This document shows, piece by piece, positions 38,545 to 47,994 of a stretch of DNA of 64,000 nt. The translations under genes were made by a program, and so were the position numbers. A model generated the notes under the pieces. The model searched no databases and was not told the origin of the DNA. It saw only the letters and a program-made list of their open reading frames with translations. Source of the stretch: an uncultured Clostridia bacterium. GTDB lineage: Bacteria > Bacillota > Clostridia > Christensenellales > CAG-314. Location of the stretch: NCBI GenBank assembly GCA_947601445.1, contig CANQGD010000003.1, positions 4,050 to 68,049 of the forward strand, read 5' to 3'. Position 1 is the stretch's first letter, and each line of letters opens with the position of its first letter.

Positions 38545-39006
38545 ATGAAACGATTTATTGTAATTCTTGTTTTGGTCGCGGTTTTAACCGCAGCGCTCGC
38601 TTACAAAATGCCTGTGGATTTTGCGGATTTTGCGGCAGCTTATTTCGGTGACGGACAGGTCAATATATATTGCAGAAATACGGTTTTGCCCTCGACGGAT
38701 ATTGGTGTCGGACGGATCGTGCAGTGTTCAGCGTCCCGATTGCGGCAAACTCTTGCAAGTTGCGAAGATGTGGACGGCGTCAGCGTATGTTTCAATGGTA
38801 CATTGTTTGACGCGGAGCGCGTGACGGATTTATTTGCATTGGGGGATATTTCCGTGTCGGAGTTCGATGATCTCACCGTTATTTGCGGATACAGCGCGTT
38901 ACTGCGTGGCGGCGTTATGTTGGACGGCAGGCGCGTCAATTTGCAAATCGCTTATCGTGACGGCATTGTCACCGTGGGCAGTCCGTTGATTTTGGGAAGC
39001 TATTGA
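38545..39006 (+). CDS. Membrane-anchored hypothetical protein (possibly YwmB/DUF1779-like)
   Basis: The in-frame ATG gives MKRFIVILVLVAVLTAALAY (signal or anchor). The C-terminal NLQIAYRDGIVTVGSPLILGSY resembles the YwmB-family C-terminus as I recall it. Confidence 0.35.
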   Translation: MKRFIVILVLVAVLTAALAYKMPVDFADFAAAYFGDGQVNIYCRNTVLPSTDIGVGRIVQCSASRLRQTLASCEDVDGVSVCFNGTLFDAERVTDLFALGDISVSEFDDLTVICGYSALLRGGVMLDGRRVNLQIAYRDGIVTVGSPLILGSY

Positions 39007-39244
39007 CCGCAAAAATTGTTTCATCTTTTTTTGCGCAGCTCAAAACAATCTGTTTCATTTCAAGTCGTGTACGACAATTTAGTCGCTTGGAACATTTCCT
39101 GTTGGAAGCAAAACGGACAACGATTATAGATAAATTGCAGTTTTTACAATCGACCGGCAATGTATCGGCGGATGTACAAACAAATAGGTATAAATAATTC
39201 GCAAATAGGTAAAAATCACATCAAACAAATTTCGGAGGCTAATA

Positions 39245-39937
39245 ATGAACAATAACAGTACAAAACAACCAAACAAATTTACAAGGTTTTTGCGCAACAA
39301 CATCGCATTGCTCTTGCTGATATTTTGTGTGTTGGCAATCACGGCGGTTGTGCTTGCGGTAACTCTCACAAGAAACGATACTCCCGTCATTCCCAACGAT
39401 CCCGTGGGCGGCAATCCCAATGACGATCAGCCGGGCAGCACACCTCCCGACGATAAACCCACGCAGCCCACTACGCAAAAGGTAGACGTATATTTTAACA
39501 GTCCGGTAAATTATTCGGAAATCGGCTTGGAATATACATTCGGACCGAGTAATTTGTTTACCTACAAATCCACTCTTAACGAATGGAGCGCGCACAAGGC
39601 GTTAGACCTCAAAGCAACCGAGGGCGCCGAAGTTACGGCAATGTACGACGGTACGGTGATAGAAACGGGCAAGAGCTTTTTGAAGGGCAACTATGTCGTA
39701 ATAGATCACGGTGAAGGAGTAATTGCCACTTATGCGTCGTTGGAGGACGTAGAAGTGACAAAAGGACAGTCTGTAACCCGCGATCAAACCATCGGCTACG
39801 TAAGTACCACTGCGGAGAGCGAATACAAGGAGGGTCCTCACCTTCACCTCGAAGTCACCGTTGACGGAGTAAATACGGACCCGACGCCGTATGCGGAAGG
39901 TAAAATATATCGTACTGTGGAAGTTACGGCGGAATAA
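39245..39937 (+). CDS. M23/LytM-family metallopeptidase with an N-terminal TM and Pro-rich linker
   Basis: TM ALLLLIFCVLAITAVVLAV. HKALD (HxxxD) and HLHLEV (HxH) zinc ligands are intact. Confidence 0.8.
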   Translation: MNNNSTKQPNKFTRFLRNNIALLLLIFCVLAITAVVLAVTLTRNDTPVIPNDPVGGNPNDDQPGSTPPDDKPTQPTTQKVDVYFNSPVNYSEIGLEYTFGPSNLFTYKSTLNEWSAHKALDLKATEGAEVTAMYDGTVIETGKSFLKGNYVVIDHGEGVIATYASLEDVEVTKGQSVTRDQTIGYVSTTAESEYKEGPHLHLEVTVDGVNTDPTPYAEGKIYRTVEVTAE

Positions 39938-40007
39938 ATTATTTACCGAAAATTCCCAAGAGCATAGAAAAATCAAATGCGGGTTTGTAGGTATAAAACA
40001 GCAAATG

Positions 40008-40037
40008 GCAGAAGATAGTCGTCTTCTGCTTTTTTTG
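40008..40037 (+). terminator. Rho-independent terminator
   Basis: Stem gcagaaga / tcttctgc followed by T7. Confidence 0.75.
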
Positions 40038-40107
40038 TAGACAAAAATTTGTTTCCTACTACAAAACATTGCAATAACCACCTTTCGAAGCGCGTTAAAA
40101 TGCGATA

Positions 40108-40893
40108 ATGAACGTGTACGTTGAATACGTAATTTTGGACAACTTTGTGTTGGATACGCTTTTATTGTGGGCGGCGGCATTGACGATAAAGATTCCCTGC
40201 AAAAAATGGCGCATTGCAATCGGCGGCGTGATAGGCGCGGCTTGCGCGGTAGTAAGCGTATATTTAAGCGGAGTTTGGCTGTATATCCTCAAAGCGGGTT
40301 GCCTGATTGCAATGTGTATGTCGGCGGTGGGGTTCGGAAAAAAACTTTTTTGGTATATTTTGCTCACCGTCACATATACATTTGTTGCGGGCGGCGCAAT
40401 TGTGGGGCTGTTCAACCTGTTCAAAATCGATTACTTTGACGGTGGCTTTTACAACATGCGTATCCCGCTGTTCGTATATGTCTCTGCGTTCGGCGTAACG
40501 TTTTTTTTGTGTTTCGCCATTGTCAACTTTGTCAGGCAAACAAAAAAAATTGCCCCTCATTTGATAAAAATCGTAGTCAAACTTGACAAAAGTTACTGTT
40601 TGACGGGTTTTTGCGACAGCGGCAACACTTTGAGTTACGAAGGACTTCCCGTCTGTTTTGTTACAAAAAAGTTCGGCGGATTTTCCGAATATTTTGCAAA
40701 ACAGCTGCTTGAAAACAGAACCGTACGTCTGCCCGTAACCACTGTCGCCGGGACGGTTGAAGTAAATGCAATTGCGGCGACGGTATCCGTCGGCGGGAAC
40801 GAACGCGCGACGTATCTTGCATTGCCTGTTGAAAAATGTCAAACGATATACAACGTTCTACTGAACAGTGAGTTTTGCGGAGGTGATTTATGA
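40108..40893 (+). CDS. spoIIGA: Sigma-E processing peptidase SpoIIGA
   Basis: Polytopic N-terminus (MNVYVEYVILDNFVLDTLLLW), aspartic-protease motif CDSGN, and translational coupling to sigE. Confidence 0.85.
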   Translation: MNVYVEYVILDNFVLDTLLLWAAALTIKIPCKKWRIAIGGVIGAACAVVSVYLSGVWLYILKAGCLIAMCMSAVGFGKKLFWYILLTVTYTFVAGGAIVGLFNLFKIDYFDGGFYNMRIPLFVYVSAFGVTFFLCFAIVNFVRQTKKIAPHLIKIVVKLDKSYCLTGFCDSGNTLSYEGLPVCFVTKKFGGFSEYFAKQLLENRTVRLPVTTVAGTVEVNAIAATVSVGGNERATYLALPVEKCQTIYNVLLNSEFCGGDL

Positions 40894-41594
40894 AATTGAT
40901 ACAACTGCTCAAAAAAATATTCGACAAACTTTTTTTGTCCGAAAAGGCGGTACATTATCTGTGCGGAACGGAAGCGCTGCCTCATCCGCTTTCCCCCGAG
41001 GAAGAAAGCGATTTGTTGGACAAAATTGCGCAAGGTGACAGTTTTGCCAAAGACAAATTGGTGGAACACAATTTGCGCTTGGTTGTTTTTCTTGCAAAAA
41101 AATTCGAAAGCAGCGGTCTGGACATGGAGGACCTTGTTTCCGTGGGGACTATCGGGCTGATCAAAGCCATAAACAGTTTCAAACGCGACAAACAGATAAA
41201 ACTTGCCACTTATGCCAGCAGATGTATAGAAAACGAAATATTGATGTATTTGCGCAAGTTGTCCAAGCGAAAAACGGAAGTGAGTCTGGATGAACCGCTC
41301 AATGTGGACGGCGAAGGCAATGAACTTTTGCTTGCGGACATTCTCGGTACCGACAGTGACGCTATCTACACTCATGTGGAAAACGAGGTGGAACGGCAAT
41401 TGTTGGAGGAGGGATTGTCTCGACTGAGCCGACGAGAACAGCAAATCATCGAAATGCGTTTCGGCTTGGACGGCGAGGACGAGCGCACGCAAAAGGAGGT
41501 TGCCGATTTGTTGGGAATTTCTCAAAGTTATATTTCCCGTTTGGAAAAGAAAATCATTTCCCGCTTAAAAAAGGAAATAGGAAAATTGGTGTAA
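40890..41594 (+). CDS. sigE: Sporulation sigma factor SigE (pro-sigma-E)
   Basis: Pro-sequence followed by GTEALPHPLSPEEE. Sigma-70 regions 2 and 4 are present (...TQKEVADLLGISQSYISRLEKK). Confidence 0.9.
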   Translation: MKLIQLLKKIFDKLFLSEKAVHYLCGTEALPHPLSPEEESDLLDKIAQGDSFAKDKLVEHNLRLVVFLAKKFESSGLDMEDLVSVGTIGLIKAINSFKRDKQIKLATYASRCIENEILMYLRKLSKRKTEVSLDEPLNVDGEGNELLLADILGTDSDAIYTHVENEVERQLLEEGLSRLSRREQQIIEMRFGLDGEDERTQKEVADLLGISQSYISRLEKKIISRLKKEIGKLV

Positions 41595-41696
41595 AAACGG
41601 TTGTTTTGTGTAAGAGGGCACAGTTTCGTCGTTTTGAACAATCTGCGCTGAATTTTTGCGCTTTACAACAAGAATATAGATACCGATTTTCGCAAC

Positions 41697-41735
41697 AAAA
41701 AAACTGCCGCAAGACCATTTGCTTGCGGCAGTTTT
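41697..41735. terminator. Bidirectional terminator (minus strand for the SRP RNA, plus strand for sigE)
   Basis: A 10-bp stem ctgccgcaag / cttgcggcag flanked by A7 (U7 on the minus strand) and T4. Confidence 0.75.
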
Positions 41736-41761
41736 CCGCATCGGTATTTTACGATTATTTT

Positions 41762-42033
41762 CAAAATACTGCGCGTTGCAGTTGACAATCAACGCCGAAA
41801 CGGTATTTCGGTAGGTGGCTACTCCAAAGCTACCTCGTGGCACACGCTCGAGCTGCTTAGTGCTGCTATGTCCCCATCCTGACACGGTTTACAGTGTCAC
41901 GTTGCACAAGACCTTGGTATCAACACTCCTTGCCGCCTCCTGCTTTCCACGCCGAAAGCCGCCTGCAACATTCAGCCTCACTGTAGCGGATTGTGAGTGA
42001 CAGGGCACCGCTGGCTCCCCGCTTAGCGCAGTA
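41762..42033 (-). ncRNA. ffs: Signal recognition particle RNA, long Bacillus type with Alu domain (scRNA)
   Basis: The minus strand carries the Alu-domain signature GCUAAGCGGGGAGCCAGCGGUGCCCUGU...CAAUCCGCU...GAAU. The helix-8 signature is GUCAGGAUG-GGGA-CAUAGCAGCACUAAG (compare B. subtilis GUCAGGUCCGGAAGGAAGCAGCAUUAAG). The 5' CUACUGCGC pairs with the 3' GCGCAGUA. It has its own promoter and terminator. Confidence 0.75.
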
Positions 42034-42038
42034 GAAGT

Positions 42039-42067
42039 ATTATATACTATTCGGCAAAAAAAAGCAA
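42039..42067 (-). promoter_or_regulatory. Sigma-A promoter of the SRP RNA gene
   Basis: On the minus strand: TTGCTT, 17 nt, TATAAT. Confidence 0.65.
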
Positions 42068-42127
42068 CACTTTTTATACAGCCTCGCGTTATTCGCGTAC
42101 TTCGTAAATTGTCCGTAATTGTTGAAA

Positions 42128-42439
42128 TTACTCTTTTTTATCGACAGAGGATTTGTGCTGTAAACTGTTCAAAAAAGTAAGAAGCAACTGCCTTTGTTTG
42201 TGTGACAGCGACGCTATACATTTTGCGACTTCGTCTCTGTCGTCGTCTTCGGCAAAAAAATCTTTGAGCGTAACGCCGAGAGCGTCGCAAATCATCTTCA
42301 AGTATCCTACGGTCACATCCGCTTCACCCAACTCGATTCGTCTGAGATGAGTCTGCGATACTCCCGACCATTGTGCCAACTTTTTTTGCGTAAAACCTAC
42401 TTTTTCACGCAAATCTGTTATCCGCTCTCCTACTGTCAT
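42128..42439 (-). CDS. XRE-family HTH transcriptional regulator
   Basis: The in-frame ATG is preceded by GAGGTG. Motif ITDLREKVGFTQKKLAQWSGVSQTHLRRIELGEADVTVGYLKMICDALGV. Confidence 0.85.
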   Translation of the reverse strand: MTVGERITDLREKVGFTQKKLAQWSGVSQTHLRRIELGEADVTVGYLKMICDALGVTLKDFFAEDDDRDEVAKCIASLSHKQRQLLLTFLNSLQHKSSVDKKE

Positions 42440-42976
42440 GGTTTCACCTCGTAGCAAAAAATTTATTTGATAGAATCTGCACAAAATCCACTTTTATGTC
42501 AAACTATCAAATTATTGTAAATTATGTATATTATAACGCAAATCTGTTGCACAAATCAATAGTTTTCCGCCAAAATACGAAATTCGCGCATACGTTGCAT
42601 AAATTTTGGGACGCTGTTCAGTTGTAAACGACTTTTGCATTTTGAGTAAATTTTCGCAGCGCGAATTACACCTGAAAAACACGTCGAATTACGGCGGTGA
42701 ATATGACGCTCGACATTATTGTTATTTGACGTTTGTTTTTATGCGGCAATCCAAATCGTCGTTTGGCGAGACGGCGTGGCAGGTGAGATTTTTTTAATTA
42801 TCAACAACGTAAAATCATTTTTATACAAGCAGTCTATTATTTACGCTTATAAATAAAGTTCTCATATTAAAAATTTCAAGATGAAACTTTTTTTGGTGCG
42901 CCTTATTTAAGTCAAACCGCACAAGTCGTTGACAAATTTTGATATTTGGATACAATATAGTAAAAAGGAGTTTGAA

Positions 42977-43180
42977 ATGGATCAAAGCAGAATAGACCGT
43001 ATAAACGAATTGGCACGCAAGTCCAAATTGCCCGCAGGATTGACGGAGGAGGAAAAGGCGGAACAATTTCGTCTTCGTCGAGAGTATATTGCGGAGTGGC
43101 GTCGCGGAACGGAACAGGTTTTGGACAACGTCTATATTGTGGACGAACAAGGCAATCAACACAAATTAAAGAAAAAGTAG
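42977..43180 (+). CDS. DUF896 (UPF0291, YnzC-like) small protein
   Basis: MDQSRIDRINELARKSKLPAGLTEEEKAEQFRLRREYI. RBS AAAGGAG. Confidence 0.8.
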   Translation: MDQSRIDRINELARKSKLPAGLTEEEKAEQFRLRREYIAEWRRGTEQVLDNVYIVDEQGNQHKLKKK

Positions 43181-43184
43181 CGTG

Positions 43185-43210
43185 CGTCGCAATTGTTGCG
43201 ACGTTTTTTT
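43185..43210 (+). terminator. Rho-independent terminator
   Basis: Stem cgtcgcaa / ttgcgacg followed by T7. Confidence 0.8.
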
Positions 43211-43258
43211 ATATTTTATGATAACTTTTCCCTATAAAACGCATATATTCTATGAACA

Positions 43259-43287
43259 TTGACATTTTTTTGCAAGAGTGTTACAAT
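43259..43287 (+). promoter_or_regulatory. Strong sigma-A-type promoter
   Basis: TTGACA, 17 nt, TACAAT, located 34 nt upstream of the ATG at 43321. Confidence 0.65.
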
Positions 43288-43320
43288 GTCGACGAACAAG
43301 TTTGAGCAAAAGGAGAAGAA

Positions 43321-45054
43321 ATGGATCAAAGCATTTTGGAACCTATCGATTCCTATTTCGGCGAGTATCGTGACAAACACAGACAGCTTACCGAACAATT
43401 TTTTGACAATTTGGTAAAGGAAGCGGGTGTTTTTCCGGAGGAAAATGCAGCGTTAATGTCGGAACGTGCCAAACACGTTGCCAAACTGCAAAAAGCGGAT
43501 AACTCGCTTCGCAGATTCAAGTCGCTCAAAATATTTTTGATAGTGTTAACGGTGGTGTCCATACTTGCCGGCATATTCACATGTCTTGCATATATAGGCG
43601 ATCCGCTCCAATGGGTGGGTATTTTAGTCGTGTGTTTGTGTTTGGCGCTTGCCGCAGGACTCATCGCGATAATATGTTCGGTGATCAACAAACGTATCAA
43701 GGATGGCAGCTCGGCGGTAAACAAACACAAAAAAAATATAGCCGACATCGAAAAGCAAGCCTGGCAGCAAATGGCGCCGTTAAATCAAAAATACGATTGG
43801 AATATTCCCGATAACCTTATCTATCAAACCGTACCGCAGATCAGATTGGACAAGTATTTCGATGAAGACAAATTGAGCTATTTCGAAAAACGTTGTTCGT
43901 TGAGCGCCTACGGTTCCCAAGATACGTCAGCTTTGTGTGTAAAAAGCGGCAACAGTGACGGCAGACCGTTTTTGCTTGCTCGTTTTTTGCGTCAAAGCAC
44001 CGAAGCTCACACCTATACGGGCACAAGAGTCGTTACCTGGACGGAATGGGAAACGGATTCCAAGGGACATATGCGCACAGTTACTAAGTCGGAAACGCTT
44101 ATCGCCAATGTCGTCAAGCCCAAGCCCGTCTATCGGGAAGCTACCTATTTGTTTTACGGATGCGACGCGGCAACGGAGTTGCGGTTCGACAGACGACCCA
44201 CCGTTCCGCGCGGTGCCGACGACAAAAAAATCGACAACATGGTCAAAAAGGGCGAAAAGGAGCTGGAAAAAAAGACGCGGGAGTCCGTTTCCAAAGGAGG
44301 CGATTACAACAAGTTGGCAAACAGCGAGTTCGAAGTGCTGTTCGGTGCGGACAATCGCGACAACGAATTACAATTTCGTCTTATGTTCACTCCGCTTGCT
44401 CAGCAAAATATGGTCAAACTGCTGCGCAGTCACGAACCGTACGGAGATGATTTTTGTTTTTACAAAAACGGAGCCGTCAATGTAATACACTCCGAACACG
44501 GGGCGAAACTGTCGTTAGATGCCAATCCCTCGATTTTTATCAATTACAATCTCGAAGAAGCGCGCAAAAAATTTATCGATTTCAACTGCGATTACTTCTG
44601 TTCGCTTTATTTCGACTTCGCGCCGCTGTTCAGTATTCCGTTGTACACGCAGGACGCTCCTGCAAAAAAATTCGATGTGTGCAACAAACCGGGCAATATA
44701 GGACCGTGGGAGGCGGAAGCGGTGGCGAATTATTTCGACGTCGGCAGGCTCGCCCATCCGTCCACCGCAAGCGGCGTAATACTCAAAGCCGTGACGGACG
44801 TGAGAAAAGACGTCACTGTGGCGCATATCACCGCACACAGTTTCGAGGCGATTCCGCAGGTGGACTACGTGCCTGTGTTTTGTCGCAACGGCCACACTTA
44901 CGAAGTACCCGTATGTTGGACATTATATTCGCCCGTAGAGCGACAAACAGACATAGAAATGCAGTCGCATAACGTTTCTCGCGAAAAATTCAATGCCGAA
45001 AACAGCGACAACGCTATGTTTATTGCGGGAATAAGGGCAAAAATAAAAGGTTAA
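43321..45054 (+). CDS. Uncharacterised membrane protein (N-terminal helical region, TM hairpin, ~440-aa C-terminal domain)
   Basis: A 577-aa ORF with RBS AAGGAGAAG. Two TM segments (IFLIVLTVVSILAGIFTCLAYI and WVGILVVCLCLALAAGLIAIICSVI). I recognised no catalytic motif. Confidence 0.7.
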   Translation: MDQSILEPIDSYFGEYRDKHRQLTEQFFDNLVKEAGVFPEENAALMSERAKHVAKLQKADNSLRRFKSLKIFLIVLTVVSILAGIFTCLAYIGDPLQWVGILVVCLCLALAAGLIAIICSVINKRIKDGSSAVNKHKKNIADIEKQAWQQMAPLNQKYDWNIPDNLIYQTVPQIRLDKYFDEDKLSYFEKRCSLSAYGSQDTSALCVKSGNSDGRPFLLARFLRQSTEAHTYTGTRVVTWTEWETDSKGHMRTVTKSETLIANVVKPKPVYREATYLFYGCDAATELRFDRRPTVPRGADDKKIDNMVKKGEKELEKKTRESVSKGGDYNKLANSEFEVLFGADNRDNELQFRLMFTPLAQQNMVKLLRSHEPYGDDFCFYKNGAVNVIHSEHGAKLSLDANPSIFINYNLEEARKKFIDFNCDYFCSLYFDFAPLFSIPLYTQDAPAKKFDVCNKPGNIGPWEAEAVANYFDVGRLAHPSTASGVILKAVTDVRKDVTVAHITAHSFEAIPQVDYVPVFCRNGHTYEVPVCWTLYSPVERQTDIEMQSHNVSREKFNAENSDNAMFIAGIRAKIKG

Positions 45055-45120
45055 AATTCGGCATGACGCCCTCAAACGTCATTTTGCCGTACATAAAAAT
45101 AAAAAAGGAGACAACGAATT

Positions 45121-45783
45121 ATGGCAAACGAACTTGACGAAATAAACGGTCCGATAAATCAGGAAGGCAGAGACGTAAACGTAATAGACAAACAGCTGCC
45201 CGTAAAGGTGGGCGCAGGCAGTATTATTTTCGAAATACTGTTGTGGATATTGGGTATTATTCCCGGTATTGTGTTTTTGTTTATGAAAATCAAAGCAAAA
45301 AATTATCTTGCTCAATTACAACAAAAATTGCAGCATGACGCGTCTCAAATAGACAACTATCTCGAACAGCGCGTAGTGGTGTTGGAAAATACCGCGAAAA
45401 TTTTGGAACGCAGCATCGATTTGGACAAAACCACATTTACGCAGATTGCCGCACTGCGCAGCGGGCATATAAACGACTCGGATCGCAGCGCCGTGGCAAG
45501 TACCATCGACAACTTGCATGCGCAACTTAACGTCGCTCTCGAAAACTATCCCGATCTCAAAGCGCACGAGGATATACGTCAGGCAATGAACCAAAACGCT
45601 TATCTGCAAAAGGAAATTACCGCCGCGCGCGAGCTTTACAACGATACGGTAAATCAGTGGAACCGCGATATATACGCTTGGCCTACCAAGATGATAGTTG
45701 CCGCACGTGCGGGTTATACAACGCGTATTCCGTTTACCGCTTCCCAAGAAGTTAAACAACGGGCGCGTGAAGTATTCTTTTGA
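45121..45783 (+). CDS. LemA-family protein
   Basis: N-terminal TM followed by LemA-like motifs (NYPDLKAHEDIRQAMNQNAYLQKEITAARELYNDTVNQWNRDIYAWP). RBS AAGGAGA. Confidence 0.75.
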   Translation: MANELDEINGPINQEGRDVNVIDKQLPVKVGAGSIIFEILLWILGIIPGIVFLFMKIKAKNYLAQLQQKLQHDASQIDNYLEQRVVVLENTAKILERSIDLDKTTFTQIAALRSGHINDSDRSAVASTIDNLHAQLNVALENYPDLKAHEDIRQAMNQNAYLQKEITAARELYNDTVNQWNRDIYAWPTKMIVAARAGYTTRIPFTASQEVKQRAREVFF

Positions 45784-45962
45784 TATAATCCTGCATTAAA
45801 CTTTTGTGATTCGTCGCTTATCCGAGGATATGTTTGCACTCCGACGATAATCGAGCATTGAACACGCAGGGCATATAACTTGTTTACTGCAACTTTGCGG
45901 GGATAAAAAAATCATATATACACAAACTACCTCCGAAAATCAAATTTTTTTCGGAGGTTTTT

Positions 45963-46409
45963 ATGAAAAAATATACAAAACTTTTTGCGATTGTATCGGT
46001 AATGATATTGGCGGTGTTGTCGCTTGCGGCTTGCGGCTTGTCCAACAATCCCAAGAAAACGCAAGAAGCTCTTGAAAAAAGAAACTATACGGTAGAAACC
46101 ATTATAGGGGACAGCGATATTGACTCACAAGCCGAGTTGGACAGTATGAGCGATGAAATGTCTTTGTCCGCAGGCGAGCTTGTGGCGATGCTCGCAGCTT
46201 ACAAAGAGAAAGAAGAGGATGAAGTTTCGGATTTTATTTACATCTATTATTTCAAAGACGGAAAAGTCGCCAATAAATTCTGGGACGAAAATCAACAACA
46301 GCTCTCCGAGCTCAAAACGGAATACAAAGATGCCGAAGGTTTTGAAATTAACAAAAGCGGTTCCGTTGTATATTTCGGCACAAAACAGGCGATCGAAGAC
46401 TGTATGTAA
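45963..46409 (+). CDS. Lipoprotein, unknown function
   Basis: Signal peptide with the lipobox LSLAAC-G. Confidence 0.65.
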   Translation: MKKYTKLFAIVSVMILAVLSLAACGLSNNPKKTQEALEKRNYTVETIIGDSDIDSQAELDSMSDEMSLSAGELVAMLAAYKEKEEDEVSDFIYIYYFKDGKVANKFWDENQQQLSELKTEYKDAEGFEINKSGSVVYFGTKQAIEDCM

Positions 46410-46476
46410 AGTAAATAGCCGAAAAGGGCTGCTAGTCGTTGTATTTGTTCGGTCGAGTCATTTATGCGATACGACA

Positions 46477-46508
46477 AAAGTCAATCTCACTCGGAGATTG
46501 ACTTTTTA
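46477..46508 (+). terminator. Rho-independent terminator
   Basis: Stem aaagtcaatctc / gagattgacttt followed by a T-run. Confidence 0.7.
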
Positions 46509-46603
46509 AATGCTGGGTTTATAGCGGGAAATGCCGAACGCGTTATTTGCGGAGAGTCGTGACCGCGACGTAAGGTACAAATTTATTCGTTTGACGTTCT
46601 GCG

Positions 46604-47836
46604 TCAAATAACCCATTCTCCGTCGCGGAACAAGGGAGTCTCTTTTCCGTCGTATCCTATACCGTCGATGTTGATGTCTTTTGTTCCCACCATAAAGTCT
46701 ACGTGTTGCAAACTTTGGTTCATTCCGTGTGAGGCAAGCTGTGCTTCCGTCATATTGTTGCCGCCTTTGACGGTAGTGGGATAACTTGCGCCGAACGCGA
46801 GATGGCAGCTGGCATTTTCATCAAACAAAGTGTTGTAAAAAAGTATTCCGCTTTCCGCAATGGGAGAACGTTTGCCTATCAACGCGATTTCGCCCAAGCT
46901 TAGTACGCCTTCGTCGGTTGTAAGAATATTTTTAAGCGCATCATATCCGACTTTCGCTTTGTAGTCTACTACGCGTCCCGCCTTAAAGGTAATTTCGAAG
47001 TCGTCTATCACGTTGCCGTTGTTCACCAGCGGAAGCGCATTTACCACCTTACCGTCGATTTTGCGATTGTGCGGTGCGGTGAATATCTCTTCGGTGGGCA
47101 TATTGGCGGTGAAAGGTATGCCGTCCTGTCCCATTTCTTCTGCTGCGATCCAAACGTGATCTGTCGCAAGTCCGACGCGCAAATCGGTGCCGCCGTTATT
47201 GGTAAAGTGAATATATTCAAAATTATGTTCGTTGAGAAAGCGCGCGCGTCGATGCAGTGTGTCTATATGTTTGCGCCAGGCTTCTGCCGGATTGTCGCAG
47301 TCCAAACGCATAATATGACCTATTGCGTTCCACATTTTGTCCACGGCTTCGGCGGGATCGTCGTTCGGGAATACCTGTTTTGCCCATGCCCGGGTGGGAA
47401 TCGACACTATTGTCCAGCGCAGATAGTTGCTCATTGTGGCGGCGCGAAATTCTTTGTTCGCTTGCATAGACGCAAGGCTGTTGGCTTTCAATTTGTCGGG
47501 GTCGCACCCCTTCATTATGTTTGGGTCGCCTGCGGAAACGGAAATCAGGCAAACCTTGTGTCGGATAAAATATTTACTTTGCGCCGTGAGATAGTCGGGT
47601 ACTTTGGAAAGCGTTTCTTTGCTTGCGCCCAACATATTTATTCGTCCAAGCACCTCGTCGCGCCATTGGATATGCACGAGTTTGGCACCGAATTCGTACG
47701 CCTTTTCGGCAATCAAATGGGCAAAATCTGCACACTGTATATCGCAGCGAATCACTACTTCCTGCCCTTTTTGCATATTTGCACCCACGCGTATGGCAAG
47801 TTCGGCGAAGTTTTGCAATTGTTTTTGTGTAAGCAT
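46604..47836 (-). CDS. M29-family aminopeptidase (AmpS/PepS-like)
   Basis: A 410-aa protein with N-terminus LQNFAELAIRVGANMQKGQEVVIRCD, typical of aminopeptidase T/II. Confidence 0.8.
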   Translation of the reverse strand: MLTQKQLQNFAELAIRVGANMQKGQEVVIRCDIQCADFAHLIAEKAYEFGAKLVHIQWRDEVLGRINMLGASKETLSKVPDYLTAQSKYFIRHKVCLISVSAGDPNIMKGCDPDKLKANSLASMQANKEFRAATMSNYLRWTIVSIPTRAWAKQVFPNDDPAEAVDKMWNAIGHIMRLDCDNPAEAWRKHIDTLHRRARFLNEHNFEYIHFTNNGGTDLRVGLATDHVWIAAEEMGQDGIPFTANMPTEEIFTAPHNRKIDGKVVNALPLVNNGNVIDDFEITFKAGRVVDYKAKVGYDALKNILTTDEGVLSLGEIALIGKRSPIAESGILFYNTLFDENASCHLAFGASYPTTVKGGNNMTEAQLASHGMNQSLQHVDFMVGTKDINIDGIGYDGKETPLFRDGEWVI

Positions 47837-47994
47837 AGTTTATCTCCTTTATGTGAAAATATTATACGAAAGCGCGTCGAAAAAGTCAATCAAACGCGGT
47901 TGTGTTTTGCAATATATGCAAATCGCTTGATTTTTACACGGTGATTTGTTAAAATAAAATAAATTATATCAAATACGTTTGAGTGAAGACAAGA

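Noticed and set aside
40038-40107. Spo0A boxes and a spoIIG-type promoter upstream of spoIIGA.
   Set aside because: Only imperfect matches to TTTGTCGAAA are present (TTTTTGTCTAC and CTTTCGAAG). This is insufficient without a position-weight-matrix scan.
41762-42033. Alternative identities for the structured RNA: tmRNA, RNase P RNA, 6S RNA, or a riboswitch.
   Set aside because: It has no tRNA-like 3' end (GGUUCGAAUCC) or ...ALAA tag frame, which argues against tmRNA. It lacks the GAGGAAAGUCC P4 motif of RNase P. No downstream CDS lies on that strand, which argues against a riboswitch. The Alu-domain and helix-8 signatures fit SRP RNA.
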